From an uncultured Gemmatimonadales bacterium (lineage in GTDB: Bacteria > Gemmatimonadota > Gemmatimonadetes > Gemmatimonadales > Gemmatimonadaceae): a stretch of DNA of 64,000 nucleotides. This document shows positions 54,948 to 62,215 of the stretch, in pieces. How positions within the stretch are numbered: position 1 is the first letter of the stretch; each line of letters starts with the position of its first letter. Under the pieces are notes generated by a model. The model did not search any database, was not told the DNA's origin, and worked only from the letters and a program-made list of their open reading frames with translations. The stretch is from positions 17,818-81,817 of the forward strand of contig CAVYNV010000002.1 of NCBI GenBank assembly GCA_963770025.1, in the 5' to 3' direction. A program made the position numbers and the translations under genes.

Positions 54948-55278
54948 ATGGTTCGAATTCGCCTCCGCCGAACCGGGCGGAAGAACGCACCAATGTACCG
55001 GATCATCGTGGCCGAATCAACGTCGCCGCGCGACGGCCGGTTCATCGAGATGATCGGGCAATATGCGCCGCGCGAGGCGGGGCCGGAGGGGAAGGGTCGT
55101 CTGCGCGTGGATGCCGCGCGCGCGAACCATTGGCTGGACGTTCGGGGCGCAGCCGAGCGACACGGTCAGGTCGCTGCTCCGCCGCGCGGGCGTGTACAAG
55201 GGCCGGCACGAGACCCGGGTGACGGCGGCGCGGACCGCGGGGGCCGTCCCGGTGCGGGAGAGTGGCGACGAGCGATAA
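54948..55278 (+). CDS. rpsP: 30S ribosomal protein S16, reading frame interrupted by a 1-nt insertion at 55141-55143 (probable sequence error)
   Basis: [41 protein letters not shown]...ANHWLDV is in frame 0. [20 protein letters not shown]...* continues in frame +1 (track ORF 55063..55278). Joined, they give a canonical S16. Confidence 0.9.
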
Positions 55279-55828
55279 CGGCTCGTCGGCCCCCGCGGGG
55301 GGGTCGGACGCGTGCGTGATCGTCGCGCGCGTGCGGCGCGCGCACGGGATCCGGGGCGAGCTGGTGGTCGAGTCGATCACGGACGAGCCGGAATCGGTCT
55401 TCGCCGAGGGGCGGCGGCTGCTGCCCGGCTCAGTGACCGGGGAGCGCGCTCCGGATGAGCGGCCGCTGACGGTTCGCCGGGCGACGCCGTTCAAGCAGGG
55501 ATGGATTCTGAGCGTCGATGAGATCACCGACCGGACGACGGCGGAGTTGTGGCGCGACCGCTATCTGCTGCTCCCCTCCTCGGAGCTCGCGCCGCCCGCG
55601 GGCGACGAGGTGTATTACCACGATCTCGTGGGGCTGCGGGTGGAGGGGACGGATGGCGGGGCCATCGGCACGGTGGAGGGGTGGTACGACCTCCCGCACG
55701 GGCTCATGCTGGACGTCCGCACGGCGGCGGGAACGGTGATGCTGCCGTATCGACCGGAGGTCATTTCTCGCGTCGACGTGGCGCGGGGGACGATCGTCGT
55801 CGACCCGCCGGCGGGCTTCTTCGACTGA
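55262..55828 (+). CDS. rimM: 16S rRNA processing protein RimM
   Basis: [25 protein letters not shown] and the PRC-barrel C-terminus ([10 protein letters not shown]...MLPY). The GTG start overlaps the rpsP end and its exact position is uncertain. Confidence 0.88.
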   Translation: MATSDNGSSAPAGGSDACVIVARVRRAHGIRGELVVESITDEPESVFAEGRRLLPGSVTGERAPDERPLTVRRATPFKQGWILSVDEITDRTTAELWRDRYLLLPSSELAPPAGDEVYYHDLVGLRVEGTDGGAIGTVEGWYDLPHGLMLDVRTAAGTVMLPYRPEVISRVDVARGTIVVDPPAGFFD

Positions 55829-55843
55829 AAGGGTGAAGCGGCC

Positions 55844-56539
55844 GTGCTGCGCATCACAATCGTCACGATCTTCCCTGAATTCTTCCGTGGTCCCCTGGCG
55901 CTGAGCATTCCGGCGCGAGCCGAGGCCGCGGGGGCGGTCACATACCGAGTGGCGGATCTCCGCGATTACACGCACGACCGGCATCGGTCGGTCGACGACT
56001 ATGCGTATGGTGGCGGAGCGGGGATGGTGATGGCGGCGCCGCCATACTTCGAGGCGATCGACGCGCTGGGCTCGCGTCCGCCGATCGTGCTGCTCTCGGC
56101 GCGGGGCGCGTTGGTGACGCAGGCCGACGTGGCGCGGTACGCCGCGGGGCCGGAGCTCACGCTGCTCTGCGGCCATTACAAGGATGTCGATCAGCGGGTG
56201 GCCGAGCATCTGGCGACGGAGGAGCGGTCGATCGGGGACTTCGTCCTGAGCGGGGGTGAGCCGGCGGCGCTGGCGATCGTGGACGCGACGGTGCGGCTGT
56301 TGCCGGGCGCGCTGTCGGATGCGGCGAGCGCGCGCAGCGACTCGTTCTTCGAGGAGCCGGGCCGAATGAGCGCGCCGAGCTATACGCGGCCGCCGGAATT
56401 CCGCGGGCACGTGGTGCCGGAGGTGTTGCTATCGGGTGACCATGCGCGAATCGCGGAGTGGCGACGGGAGGCGGCGGACCGCCTCACGCGGGAGAAGCGT
56501 GGAGCGCGGCGGTTGGCATCCGAGGACGATGGACGCTAA
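55844..56539 (+). CDS. trmD: tRNA (guanine37-N1)-methyltransferase
   Basis: [48 protein letters not shown]. Confidence 0.96.
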   Translation: MLRITIVTIFPEFFRGPLALSIPARAEAAGAVTYRVADLRDYTHDRHRSVDDYAYGGGAGMVMAAPPYFEAIDALGSRPPIVLLSARGALVTQADVARYAAGPELTLLCGHYKDVDQRVAEHLATEERSIGDFVLSGGEPAALAIVDATVRLLPGALSDAASARSDSFFEEPGRMSAPSYTRPPEFRGHVVPEVLLSGDHARIAEWRREAADRLTREKRGARRLASEDDGR

Positions 56540-56616
56540 TTTTTGCGGTCTGTCCGGCCCGACGGCCACATCGGACATCACATCGTACAGGCGAGTGCCC
56601 TCGCCGCGAGCGGCAT

Positions 56617-56988
56617 ATGCACGAATTCATCGAGACCCAGAAGGAATGGCTGCGCACCGACCTCCCGCCGTTCCGGGCCGGGGATACGCTGCGCGTGAAC
56701 GTGCGCGTCCGTGAGGGCGAGAAGGAGCGGCTGCAGGCCTTTGAGGGCGTGTGCATCGCGCGGCGCGGGAGTGGGGTAAGCGGGACGTTCACCGTTCGCA
56801 AGATCTCGAGCGGCGTGGGTGTCGAGCGGATCTTTCCGCTGCACAGCCCAATGATCGGCGACATCACGGTGGTACGGCGCGGCCAGGTGCGGCGGGCGAA
56901 GCTGTATTACCTCCGCCATCTGACGGGGAAGGCCACGCGGATCCGAGAGAAGAAGGTGAAGTCGGTCACCGTACCGGCGACCGACTAG
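56617..56988 (+). CDS. rplS: 50S ribosomal protein L19
   Basis: [35 protein letters not shown]...[24 protein letters not shown] 56617 lies inside track ORF 56458..56988. Confidence 0.96.
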   Translation: MHEFIETQKEWLRTDLPPFRAGDTLRVNVRVREGEKERLQAFEGVCIARRGSGVSGTFTVRKISSGVGVERIFPLHSPMIGDITVVRRGQVRRAKLYYLRHLTGKATRIREKKVKSVTVPATD

Positions 56989-57029
56989 AGAGGCGAAGGG
57001 AGCGAGGAGAGAGGAGACCTCAGGGGGCT

Positions 57030-57677
57030 ATGGCGCGGCACCGCTGGAGCCACATCGAGCGTGAGTTGCGCGCGCAGCATGGACCGCTGCTCGCCGGGAT
57101 GGACGAAGTCGGACGGGGCCCCCTCGCGGGCCCCGTCGTCGCATGTGCGGTGATCATGCCGGAGGGTGTGCGGGCGATTCCCGGGGTCGCCGATTCGAAG
57201 CAGCTCCAGCGATCGGAGCGGGAGCGGCTTGCCCCGCGAATCCGCGAGCGGGCGCTCGCGGTGGGGCTGGGCGCCGCGTCGGTGCGGGAGATCGAGCGGC
57301 TCAACATCTATCACGCGACGGTCCTGGCGATGCGGCGCGCGCTGGCGCAGCTGCCGCTCGCGCCCCACCACGTCGTCGTGGACGGGAACCCGGTGCGCTC
57401 GCTCGGGGTGGCGCATTCGGCGGTGGTGGGGGGGGACGCCCGGTGCTACACGGTGGCGTGCGCGTCGATCGTGGCGAAGGTGACGCGCGACCGGCTGATG
57501 CGGGCGCTGGGGCTTCGCTATCCCGCGTACCGGTGGGTGCAGAACGTCGGGTACGCGACGGAGGATCACATTGGCGGGTTGCTGGCGGCGGGCGTGACGC
57601 CGCACCATCGGCGGACATTTTTCCGGGTCGCGCAGACCACGCTCGTGCTGTCCGATGTCGCCCAACGCGAATTGTGA
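57030..57677 (+). CDS. rnhB: ribonuclease HII
   Basis: GMDEVGRGPLAGPVVACAV, DSKQL, and ASIVAKVTRDRLM. ATG 57030 lies inside track ORF 56751..57677. Confidence 0.94.
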   Translation: MARHRWSHIERELRAQHGPLLAGMDEVGRGPLAGPVVACAVIMPEGVRAIPGVADSKQLQRSERERLAPRIRERALAVGLGAASVREIERLNIYHATVLAMRRALAQLPLAPHHVVVDGNPVRSLGVAHSAVVGGDARCYTVACASIVAKVTRDRLMRALGLRYPAYRWVQNVGYATEDHIGGLLAAGVTPHHRRTFFRVAQTTLVLSDVAQREL

Positions 57678-57688
57678 TCTAGATCACA
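57673..57688 (+). promoter_or_regulatory. perfect CRP/FNR-type palindrome TGTGA-TCTAGA-TCACA
   Basis: A 16-bp perfect palindrome identical to the CRP consensus half-sites with N6 spacing. It overlaps the rnhB stop codon and lies in a locally AT-rich patch. Confidence 0.55.
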
Positions 57689-57689
57689 A

Positions 57690-57705
57690 AGTGATATAAA
57701 TCACT
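57690..57705 (+). promoter_or_regulatory. second CRP-like site AGTGA-TATAAA-TCACT
   Basis: It has 6-bp perfect arms AGTGAT/ATCACT. Its centre is 17 bp downstream of the first site. Confidence 0.45.
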
Positions 57706-57716
57706 GACTTACGCGC

Positions 57717-57746
57717 TTGACGCGTGGCACCGAATGCGCGTATGTT
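57717..57746 (+). promoter_or_regulatory. sigma70-like promoter for the OmpA-like gene (-35 TTGACG, 18-nt spacer, -10 TATGTT)
   Basis: The hexamers are at 57717-57722 and 57741-57746, about 55 nt upstream of ATG 57802. Confidence 0.4.
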
Positions 57747-57801
57747 CGTGCCAGTTGACCATTGCTATGAGACAACTGGACCGAACTTCGAGGGGAGTGA
57801 A

Positions 57802-58446
57802 ATGCAATTATCCGTGAAACGCTGGATCGCGCTGGGAGCGCTCGCGCCTGTAGTCGCGTGCGTGCATCCCGGCCAGTACAGGAAGGACCTCGCCGACACG
57901 CGGGCGCAGATCGCGCAGGAGAAGAGCGACCGGACGGCGGCCGACAATGCGCAGAACGCGCAGATCGCCGGTGTCAGCAAGGATGTCCAGGCCCTCAAGA
58001 GCGATCTGGATGCGATGCGGACGGAGTTCGACGCGAAGATCACGCAGGTGGCGCAGGGGATGCGCTTCGACATGCCGGTGACCTTCGGCTTCAACGACGC
58101 GACGGTGAGCGATGGTGACCATGCCGCGCTCGACAAGTTCTCCAACGTCGCGAAGAAGTACTATGGCCAGTCGAAGATCACGGTCGAGGGTTTTGCGGAC
58201 CCGGCCGGGTCGAAGGCGTACAACCTGGGGCTGTCGCAGCGCCGAGCGGACGCGGTGCGGGCGTATCTCGCGCAGCAGGGGTTGGACATTGCGACGATCA
58301 AGGCCGTGGGGTATGGGAAGGCGCGGCTGGTGAATCCGGGTGCGTCGAAGGATGCGCCGGGTGCGCAGGACAACCGGCGTGTGGTGTTCGTGATCGAGAC
58401 GAAGACCGAATCCAACGTCCCGCCGGCTGGGAAGACGACGGCGTAA
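57802..58446 (+). CDS. OmpA-family peptidoglycan-binding lipoprotein with N-terminal coiled-coil
   Basis: Lipobox-like LAPVVAC, and a heptad-like Q/A/D-rich segment. The OmpA_C domain shows FGFNDATV, GFADPAGSKAYNLGLSQRRADAVRAYL and NRRVVFVI. A GAGGGGAG sequence precedes ATG 57802. Confidence 0.88.
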   Translation: MQLSVKRWIALGALAPVVACVHPGQYRKDLADTRAQIAQEKSDRTAADNAQNAQIAGVSKDVQALKSDLDAMRTEFDAKITQVAQGMRFDMPVTFGFNDATVSDGDHAALDKFSNVAKKYYGQSKITVEGFADPAGSKAYNLGLSQRRADAVRAYLAQQGLDIATIKAVGYGKARLVNPGASKDAPGAQDNRRVVFVIETKTESNVPPAGKTTA

Positions 58447-58453
58447 GGATCGA

Positions 58454-58526
58454 CGCGGCGCTCGCGCCGCGGACGGAGTTTTGGGGAGTACGTGCCCGGG
58501 TTGGCGTCACGCGCCGACCCGGGCAC
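58454..58526 (+). terminator. two stem-loops downstream of the OmpA-like gene
   Basis: CGCGGCG-ctcg-CGCCGCG (58454-58471) is followed by GACGGAGTTTT. Then comes a 15-bp stem GTGCCCGGGTTGGCG/CGCCGACCCGGGCAC (58492-58526, one G.U). Confidence 0.55.
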
Positions 58527-58588
58527 GGTTGTCATGGGGGGTCCGACGCCCGGACCGAGGCCGTCATTTTTTTTGCTGCGAGACTGGT

Positions 58589-58601
58589 GCGATTAGCTTG
58601 C
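58589..58601 (+). promoter_or_regulatory. conserved GCGATTAGCTTGC box upstream of tRNA-Lys (possible -10 TAGCTT)
   Basis: A near-identical 13-mer (GCGATTAGTTTGC) occurs at the equivalent position upstream of tRNA-Pro. TAGCTT fits the TAnnnT pattern. No convincing -35 element is visible. Confidence 0.35.
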
Positions 58602-58618
58602 CGAGCGCGGGGCAGGTG

Positions 58619-58691
58619 GCGCCTGTAGCTCAACTGGTAGAGCAAGCGGCTTTTAACCGCTAGGTAGTGGGTTCGAGTCCCACCGGGCGCA
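58619..58691 (+). tRNA. tRNA-Lys (anticodon UUU)
   Basis: Hand-folded. Acceptor GCGCCTG/CGGGCGC, D-arm GCTC-AACTGGTA-GAGC, anticodon stem AGCGG/CCGCT with loop CTTTTAA, and T-arm GTGGG-TTCGAGT-CCCAC. Length is 73 nt and CCA is not encoded. Confidence 0.93.
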
Positions 58692-58694
58692 TGC

Positions 58695-59585
58695 ATGGAA
58701 GCCACGGCCGCAGCGGAGACGGTTCTACCACCTGAGACGGTCGAGGGGTGGTACGCGCTGCATCAGGTGTGGCGGGTGTCGCGGACCGAGTTCCGGCGCA
58801 TGGTGGAGGAGGCGCGGGACCGCCAGGCGATCCGGGGCGCGATGTTGGCGGCGATCGAGGAGGTCGTCGCGCCGGGGGCAGTGGGGGGCACCTCGGGCGG
58901 GTGGACCGTGCCGGTGACGCTCGTCGGGTCGGTGGCGGACGTGATGATGGTTCACTTTCGGCCGACGCTCGACGCTTTGGCCGACGCGCAGCGGCGTCTG
59001 GCGCGTGCGCGACTGAGCGACTGTCTCCAGCCGATCTACTCCTTTTTGAGTGTGACCGAGGCGGGACTGTATCATTTGACCGCGGCGGTCGCCCGGGAGC
59101 GCGTGGCGGCCGGGGGTGCGATCGGGGACGACGGTTACCGGCAGGCTCTGGCCGCGCGGGTGGCGGTGGAGCGGGAGAGCCCGCACGTGGTGCGGCGACT
59201 GTTTCCGCCGCTGCCGGCGGAGATGCCGTACGTGTGCTTCTATCCGATGTCGAAGCGGCGGGTGGTGGGGCAGAACTGGTATGCGCTGACGCTCGAGGAG
59301 CGGAGCCGTCTCATGCAGGCGCACGGTGTGACGGGCCGGCGGTATGCGGGGCGGGTGCAGCAGATCATCACGGGGGCGATCGGGCTGGACGCGTGGGAGT
59401 GGGGGGTGACGCTGTTCGCGGGGGACCCGCTGGACTTCAAGCGGCTGGTGACGGACATGCGCTTCGACGAGGTGAGTGCGCAGTACGCGGATTTCGGGTC
59501 CTTCTACGTCGGGAAGACGGCGACGCCGGCGGTGTGGGTGGAGGCGGTGGCTGCGGCGGCTGGTGTGCCGACCGTGGAGCGATAG
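58695..59585 (+). CDS. hemQ: chlorite dismutase family protein, HemQ/ChdC-like coproheme decarboxylase
   Basis: EGWYALHQVW, YVCFYPMSKRR, NWYALTLEERSRLMQAHG, GLDAWEWGVTLFAGDPLDFKRLVTDMRFDEVSAQYADFGSFYVG. The ATG lies only 3 nt after the tRNA-Lys 3' end. Confidence 0.8.
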   Translation: MEATAAAETVLPPETVEGWYALHQVWRVSRTEFRRMVEEARDRQAIRGAMLAAIEEVVAPGAVGGTSGGWTVPVTLVGSVADVMMVHFRPTLDALADAQRRLARARLSDCLQPIYSFLSVTEAGLYHLTAAVARERVAAGGAIGDDGYRQALAARVAVERESPHVVRRLFPPLPAEMPYVCFYPMSKRRVVGQNWYALTLEERSRLMQAHGVTGRRYAGRVQQIITGAIGLDAWEWGVTLFAGDPLDFKRLVTDMRFDEVSAQYADFGSFYVGKTATPAVWVEAVAAAAGVPTVER

Positions 59586-59664
59586 GTTGTCCCGGAGTCG
59601 CGGATCCGGTAGGTTGGCGGGCTCAGCGGCTCGACACTCAGAACCATTCAACAGACGGGATGCA

Positions 59665-60078
59665 ATGCGACGGATAGGAGCGGCGTTGGTTTTGGCGGCG
59701 TGTGTGCTGGCCGCGCGCGGGTGGAAGGGACGGGCAGCGGCGGCGAATACGGTGACGGTGAACATGGTGGGGACCTCGGCGGGGTACAAATTCGACCCGG
59801 CGTCGGTGACGATCAAGGCGGGGGATGCGGTGAAGTGGGTGGTGGTGTCGGGGAGTCCGCACAACGTGTCGTTCGACGAGAAGGGAATTCCTGCGGCCGC
59901 AGTAGCCGGGCTGAACACGGCGATGCCGAATACGCAGGCGAAGCTGACCGGCCCGCTCATGATGGCGAATGGGGCGACGTACACGATCTCGTTTGCGGGT
60001 CTGCCGGCCGGGACGTACAACTATTTCTGTTTGCCACACCAGTCCGTCGGGATGACCGGCCAGATCATCGTCCAGTAG
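59665..60078 (+). CDS. plastocyanin/azurin-family type-1 blue copper protein
   Basis: It has a signal peptide. The copper ligands are in SPHNVSF (His) and YNYFCLPHQSVGMTGQIIV (Cys-x2-His-x4-Met). ATG 59665 lies inside track ORF 59476..60078. Confidence 0.85.
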   Translation: MRRIGAALVLAACVLAARGWKGRAAAANTVTVNMVGTSAGYKFDPASVTIKAGDAVKWVVVSGSPHNVSFDEKGIPAAAVAGLNTAMPNTQAKLTGPLMMANGATYTISFAGLPAGTYNYFCLPHQSVGMTGQIIVQ

Positions 60079-60088
60079 GTGGTGGGTG

Positions 60089-60101
60089 GCGATTAGTTTG
60101 C
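60089..60101 (+). promoter_or_regulatory. conserved GCGATTAGTTTGC box upstream of tRNA-Pro (possible -10 TAGTTT)
   Basis: It matches the tRNA-Lys upstream box at 12 of 13 positions and lies 26 nt upstream of the tRNA 5' end. Confidence 0.35.
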
Positions 60102-60126
60102 TTGGGCGAGGCAGGCTTTGTAGTGG

Positions 60127-60200
60127 CGGGACGTAGCGCAGCCCGGTAGCGCACCTGAATGGGGTTCAGGGGGTCGCGGGTTCAAATCCCGCCGTCCCGA
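60127..60200 (+). tRNA. tRNA-Pro (anticodon GGG)
   Basis: Hand-folded. Acceptor CGGGACG/CGTCCCG, D-arm GCGC-AGCCCGGTA-GCGC, anticodon stem CCTGA/TCAGG with loop ATGGGGT (by recollection the same loop as E. coli proL), and T-arm GCGGG-TTCAAAT-CCCGC. Confidence 0.92.
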
Positions 60201-60238
60201 TTAGTATAAAGCAATGGTCAGTAGCGAGTTAGCGAATC

Positions 60239-60376
60239 TCACTGCCATGGTATCGGTGGGGCATTTGAAGCTCCCCGCAGTGGGCTAGCGGAAGCGGCCG
60301 CATTAGCGTGAGCAGCTTGTTGAACAAACATCTCACGTGCGATGGCCTTCTGATCCTGAATGTCGCGGGCGCTCAT
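60239..60376 (-). CDS. hypothetical small protein (45 aa), low confidence
   Basis: ATG 60376 has AAGGGG 7 nt upstream. The product is MSARDIQDQKAIAREMFVQQAAHANAAASASPLRGASNAPPIPWQ. It lies in the lower-G+C stretch next to tRNA-Pro, and I recognise no motif. Confidence 0.25.
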   Translation of the reverse strand: MSARDIQDQKAIAREMFVQQAAHANAAASASPLRGASNAPPIPWQ

Positions 60377-60459
60377 GATGGAACCCCTTGCTCTCTCGTT
60401 TCGACCTCCTGCTACCCCAAGCGAGACGGACGTGTGCACTCCTTCTAAATGAATGGGTC

Positions 60460-61200
60460 CTACATAACCGGAGCAGCGGATCCGTCTGACCACCTGCCGG
60501 CAGGAACCATGAACACGTCGATTGGTTCCGGAGCGCCACTGAACTGTGGATTCAGCATGACGGGAGACTTGGGCAGATCCGCACCCCAGACAGCACCGTC
60601 CATGAGTGGAGTGTAAAACATCAGGTGAGCCATCCAGTGGTGGTCGCCACCATCGGTAAGGTACTGGTCTTTCGACATCATGTAGCTCATGGCGCCAGGC
60701 TCCAGGGGCGGCAGTTCTTTTGTCTCGTCTGCGGCTCTGAGAGCATCAATGATCTGCGCTTTCGATTTCCCAGCCAGAATCATCTCCGTCCTCTTGTAGG
60801 TCAGTGGCAGGATGGAGCGGGCAGCCGGCGGATTGAAGCAGATCGGACCTCGAATTTTAGGGTTCCAAAAATTAGCGGCATCCTCACCATTGAATGGGCC
60901 CATCCACCCTCGCTCCACGGCGCATACGAAACCATTCTTGCCTTTAACTGCGGTTTCATAGCCATGCCGTCCGAGGACCAGAATCGTTGCGTCGCGGGAT
61001 ATGGCCTCCGGTGCCGCGCTTCGTGCCAAGGCGATCTCAGCATTGCGATCCGTCATGAGGTAGTGCTCGATCGGAGCCATACTCGGATAAGGTGCTTTGG
61101 CGTCCTGGGCTTGGGCTTGCCACGTCGCGCCCAGGATAAGAATAAGAATCAGCGCGAAGCGTAAAGAGGCGATCGCCTGGAATCTCTTTCGGTTCATCAC
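60460..61200 (-). CDS. hypothetical secreted protein (246 aa), function unknown
   Basis: It has a clear signal peptide ([19 protein letters not shown]). Its codon usage and G+C are visibly different from the rest of the window. I recognise no domain. Confidence 0.6.
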   Translation of the reverse strand: MMNRKRFQAIASLRFALILILILGATWQAQAQDAKAPYPSMAPIEHYLMTDRNAEIALARSAAPEAISRDATILVLGRHGYETAVKGKNGFVCAVERGWMGPFNGEDAANFWNPKIRGPICFNPPAARSILPLTYKRTEMILAGKSKAQIIDALRAADETKELPPLEPGAMSYMMSKDQYLTDGGDHHWMAHLMFYTPLMDGAVWGADLPKSPVMLNPQFSGAPEPIDVFMVPAGRWSDGSAAPVM

Positions 61201-61384
61201 TTCCTCCTGTGTTGGGGGAATCTCACCGCAGTTGTCATTCAGAGGGACAGATCTGATCGTTCTCCTCCTCCCATCAGTCCCTCCGTTCGCTCTCGCTTCG
61301 ACGTGCCTGCAGTCGATGCGGACTCACCGAGCATACAAAACCGGTTGGTATGTACTAGTGTCAACCTGTCCGTTAGAACGGATG

Positions 61385-61666
61385 CGATCAGACCCGCTTG
61401 CGGTTGTCCGGCGCGCGCAGGGACCGTTGGGGCAGCGTGGACGAGAACGAGATCGTCAACGCGATTCGGGCGGCACGCGAGGGGGAATCAATTTCTTCGA
61501 CACCGCCCAAGCATACGGCTTCGGAGCGTCCGAACGCCTCCTCGGGAGGGCGCTCGCCGACGACGTTCGTAACCACCGCGACCAGATCGTCATCGCAACG
61601 AAAGGCGGCCTGCGCATGCAGGGCGCCCGCCTCGTCCGCCGAGACCGGGCTTTCAGGTCCCGGTAG
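61385..61666 (+). pseudogene. aldo/keto reductase gene remnant (5'- and 3'-truncated, with a -1 frameshift in a G run)
   Basis: [19 protein letters not shown] is in one frame (track ORF 61398..61730). [42 protein letters not shown] is in another (track ORF 61097..61666). The shift lies at the GGGGG run around 61478-61482. There is no start codon, and only about 90 of the roughly 300 expected residues remain. Confidence 0.7.
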
Positions 61667-61722
61667 CGCGGGGCGCCCCCAATACGCCTTTACGGCGCGC
61701 GCCGCGTCACGCGCCGCACCGA

Positions 61723-62013
61723 TCAGGTAAGGCTTATTCGCGCGGTGCTCGACGTGGGGAATATCCGGTGCGGGGCCGCATGCTGTTGCTGCTGGATGAG
61801 CCATGCGATGAAAATCGCCAGCCCTATGACCAACGCTAGTGCAGGCAGCGGCCGATGACCGACGGCCGCGGTCTTGCGTCGCTTCGCGAGCTCCGCCCTA
61901 AGGTCTGGCGTGTGCGCCGCAATGTCATCGCGCAGGGCATTGAGCTGGCGCACGACGAGTCCCACCCCAAGCGCGACCACAAGGATGAGGGTTGTTGTGC
62001 TGTCGAAGCCCAT
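61723..62013 (-). CDS. hypothetical small membrane protein (two predicted TM helices)
   Basis: MGFDSTTTLILVVALGVGLVV...PLPALALVIGLAIFIAWLI. Start choice within track ORF 61723..62100 is uncertain. Confidence 0.35.
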   Translation of the reverse strand: MGFDSTTTLILVVALGVGLVVRQLNALRDDIAAHTPDLRAELAKRRKTAAVGHRPLPALALVIGLAIFIAWLIQQQQHAAPHRIFPTSSTARISLT

Positions 62014-62215
62014 TGCCCACTCCGGCGTCAATGAGAGAGCGTGTAAGAGAATGACATCAGCACGTTGGGGCGCCATCCATGACGCTGCCGTGAAAACCAC
62101 GTGACGATGTCGTCATGCACGGTACCCACGTGCGGGCCTGACGGTTGATTATCCTGCTCAGGCCTGCCGCAAGGATATCGTCGCGGCGGGGTCTATCCAA
62201 TGCCACCCAACGACC

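Noticed and set aside
55128-55150. Programmed +1 ribosomal frameshift in rpsP (and maf)
   Set aside because: No slippery P-site codon allows re-pairing (GUU to UUC). There is no adjacent 0-frame stop in rpsP and no upstream SD-like stimulator. The shared ACGTTCG context points to an insertion artefact or mutation instead. It is kept as a finding for verification, not claimed as recoding.
57724-57737. Sigma54 promoter (TGGCAC...TGC) upstream of the OmpA-like gene
   Set aside because: The GG and GC dinucleotides are 9 nt apart instead of the 11 nt required by TGGCACG-N4-TTGC, so the spacing is wrong. A sigma70-like TTGACG/TATGTT pair fits better.
60127-62215. Integrated mobile element / prophage at tRNA-Pro
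   Set aside because: No integrase, transposase or phage genes, and no direct repeat of the tRNA 3' end, are visible within the window. Only a compositional shift and decayed genes can be supported, so I did not call a mobile_element feature.
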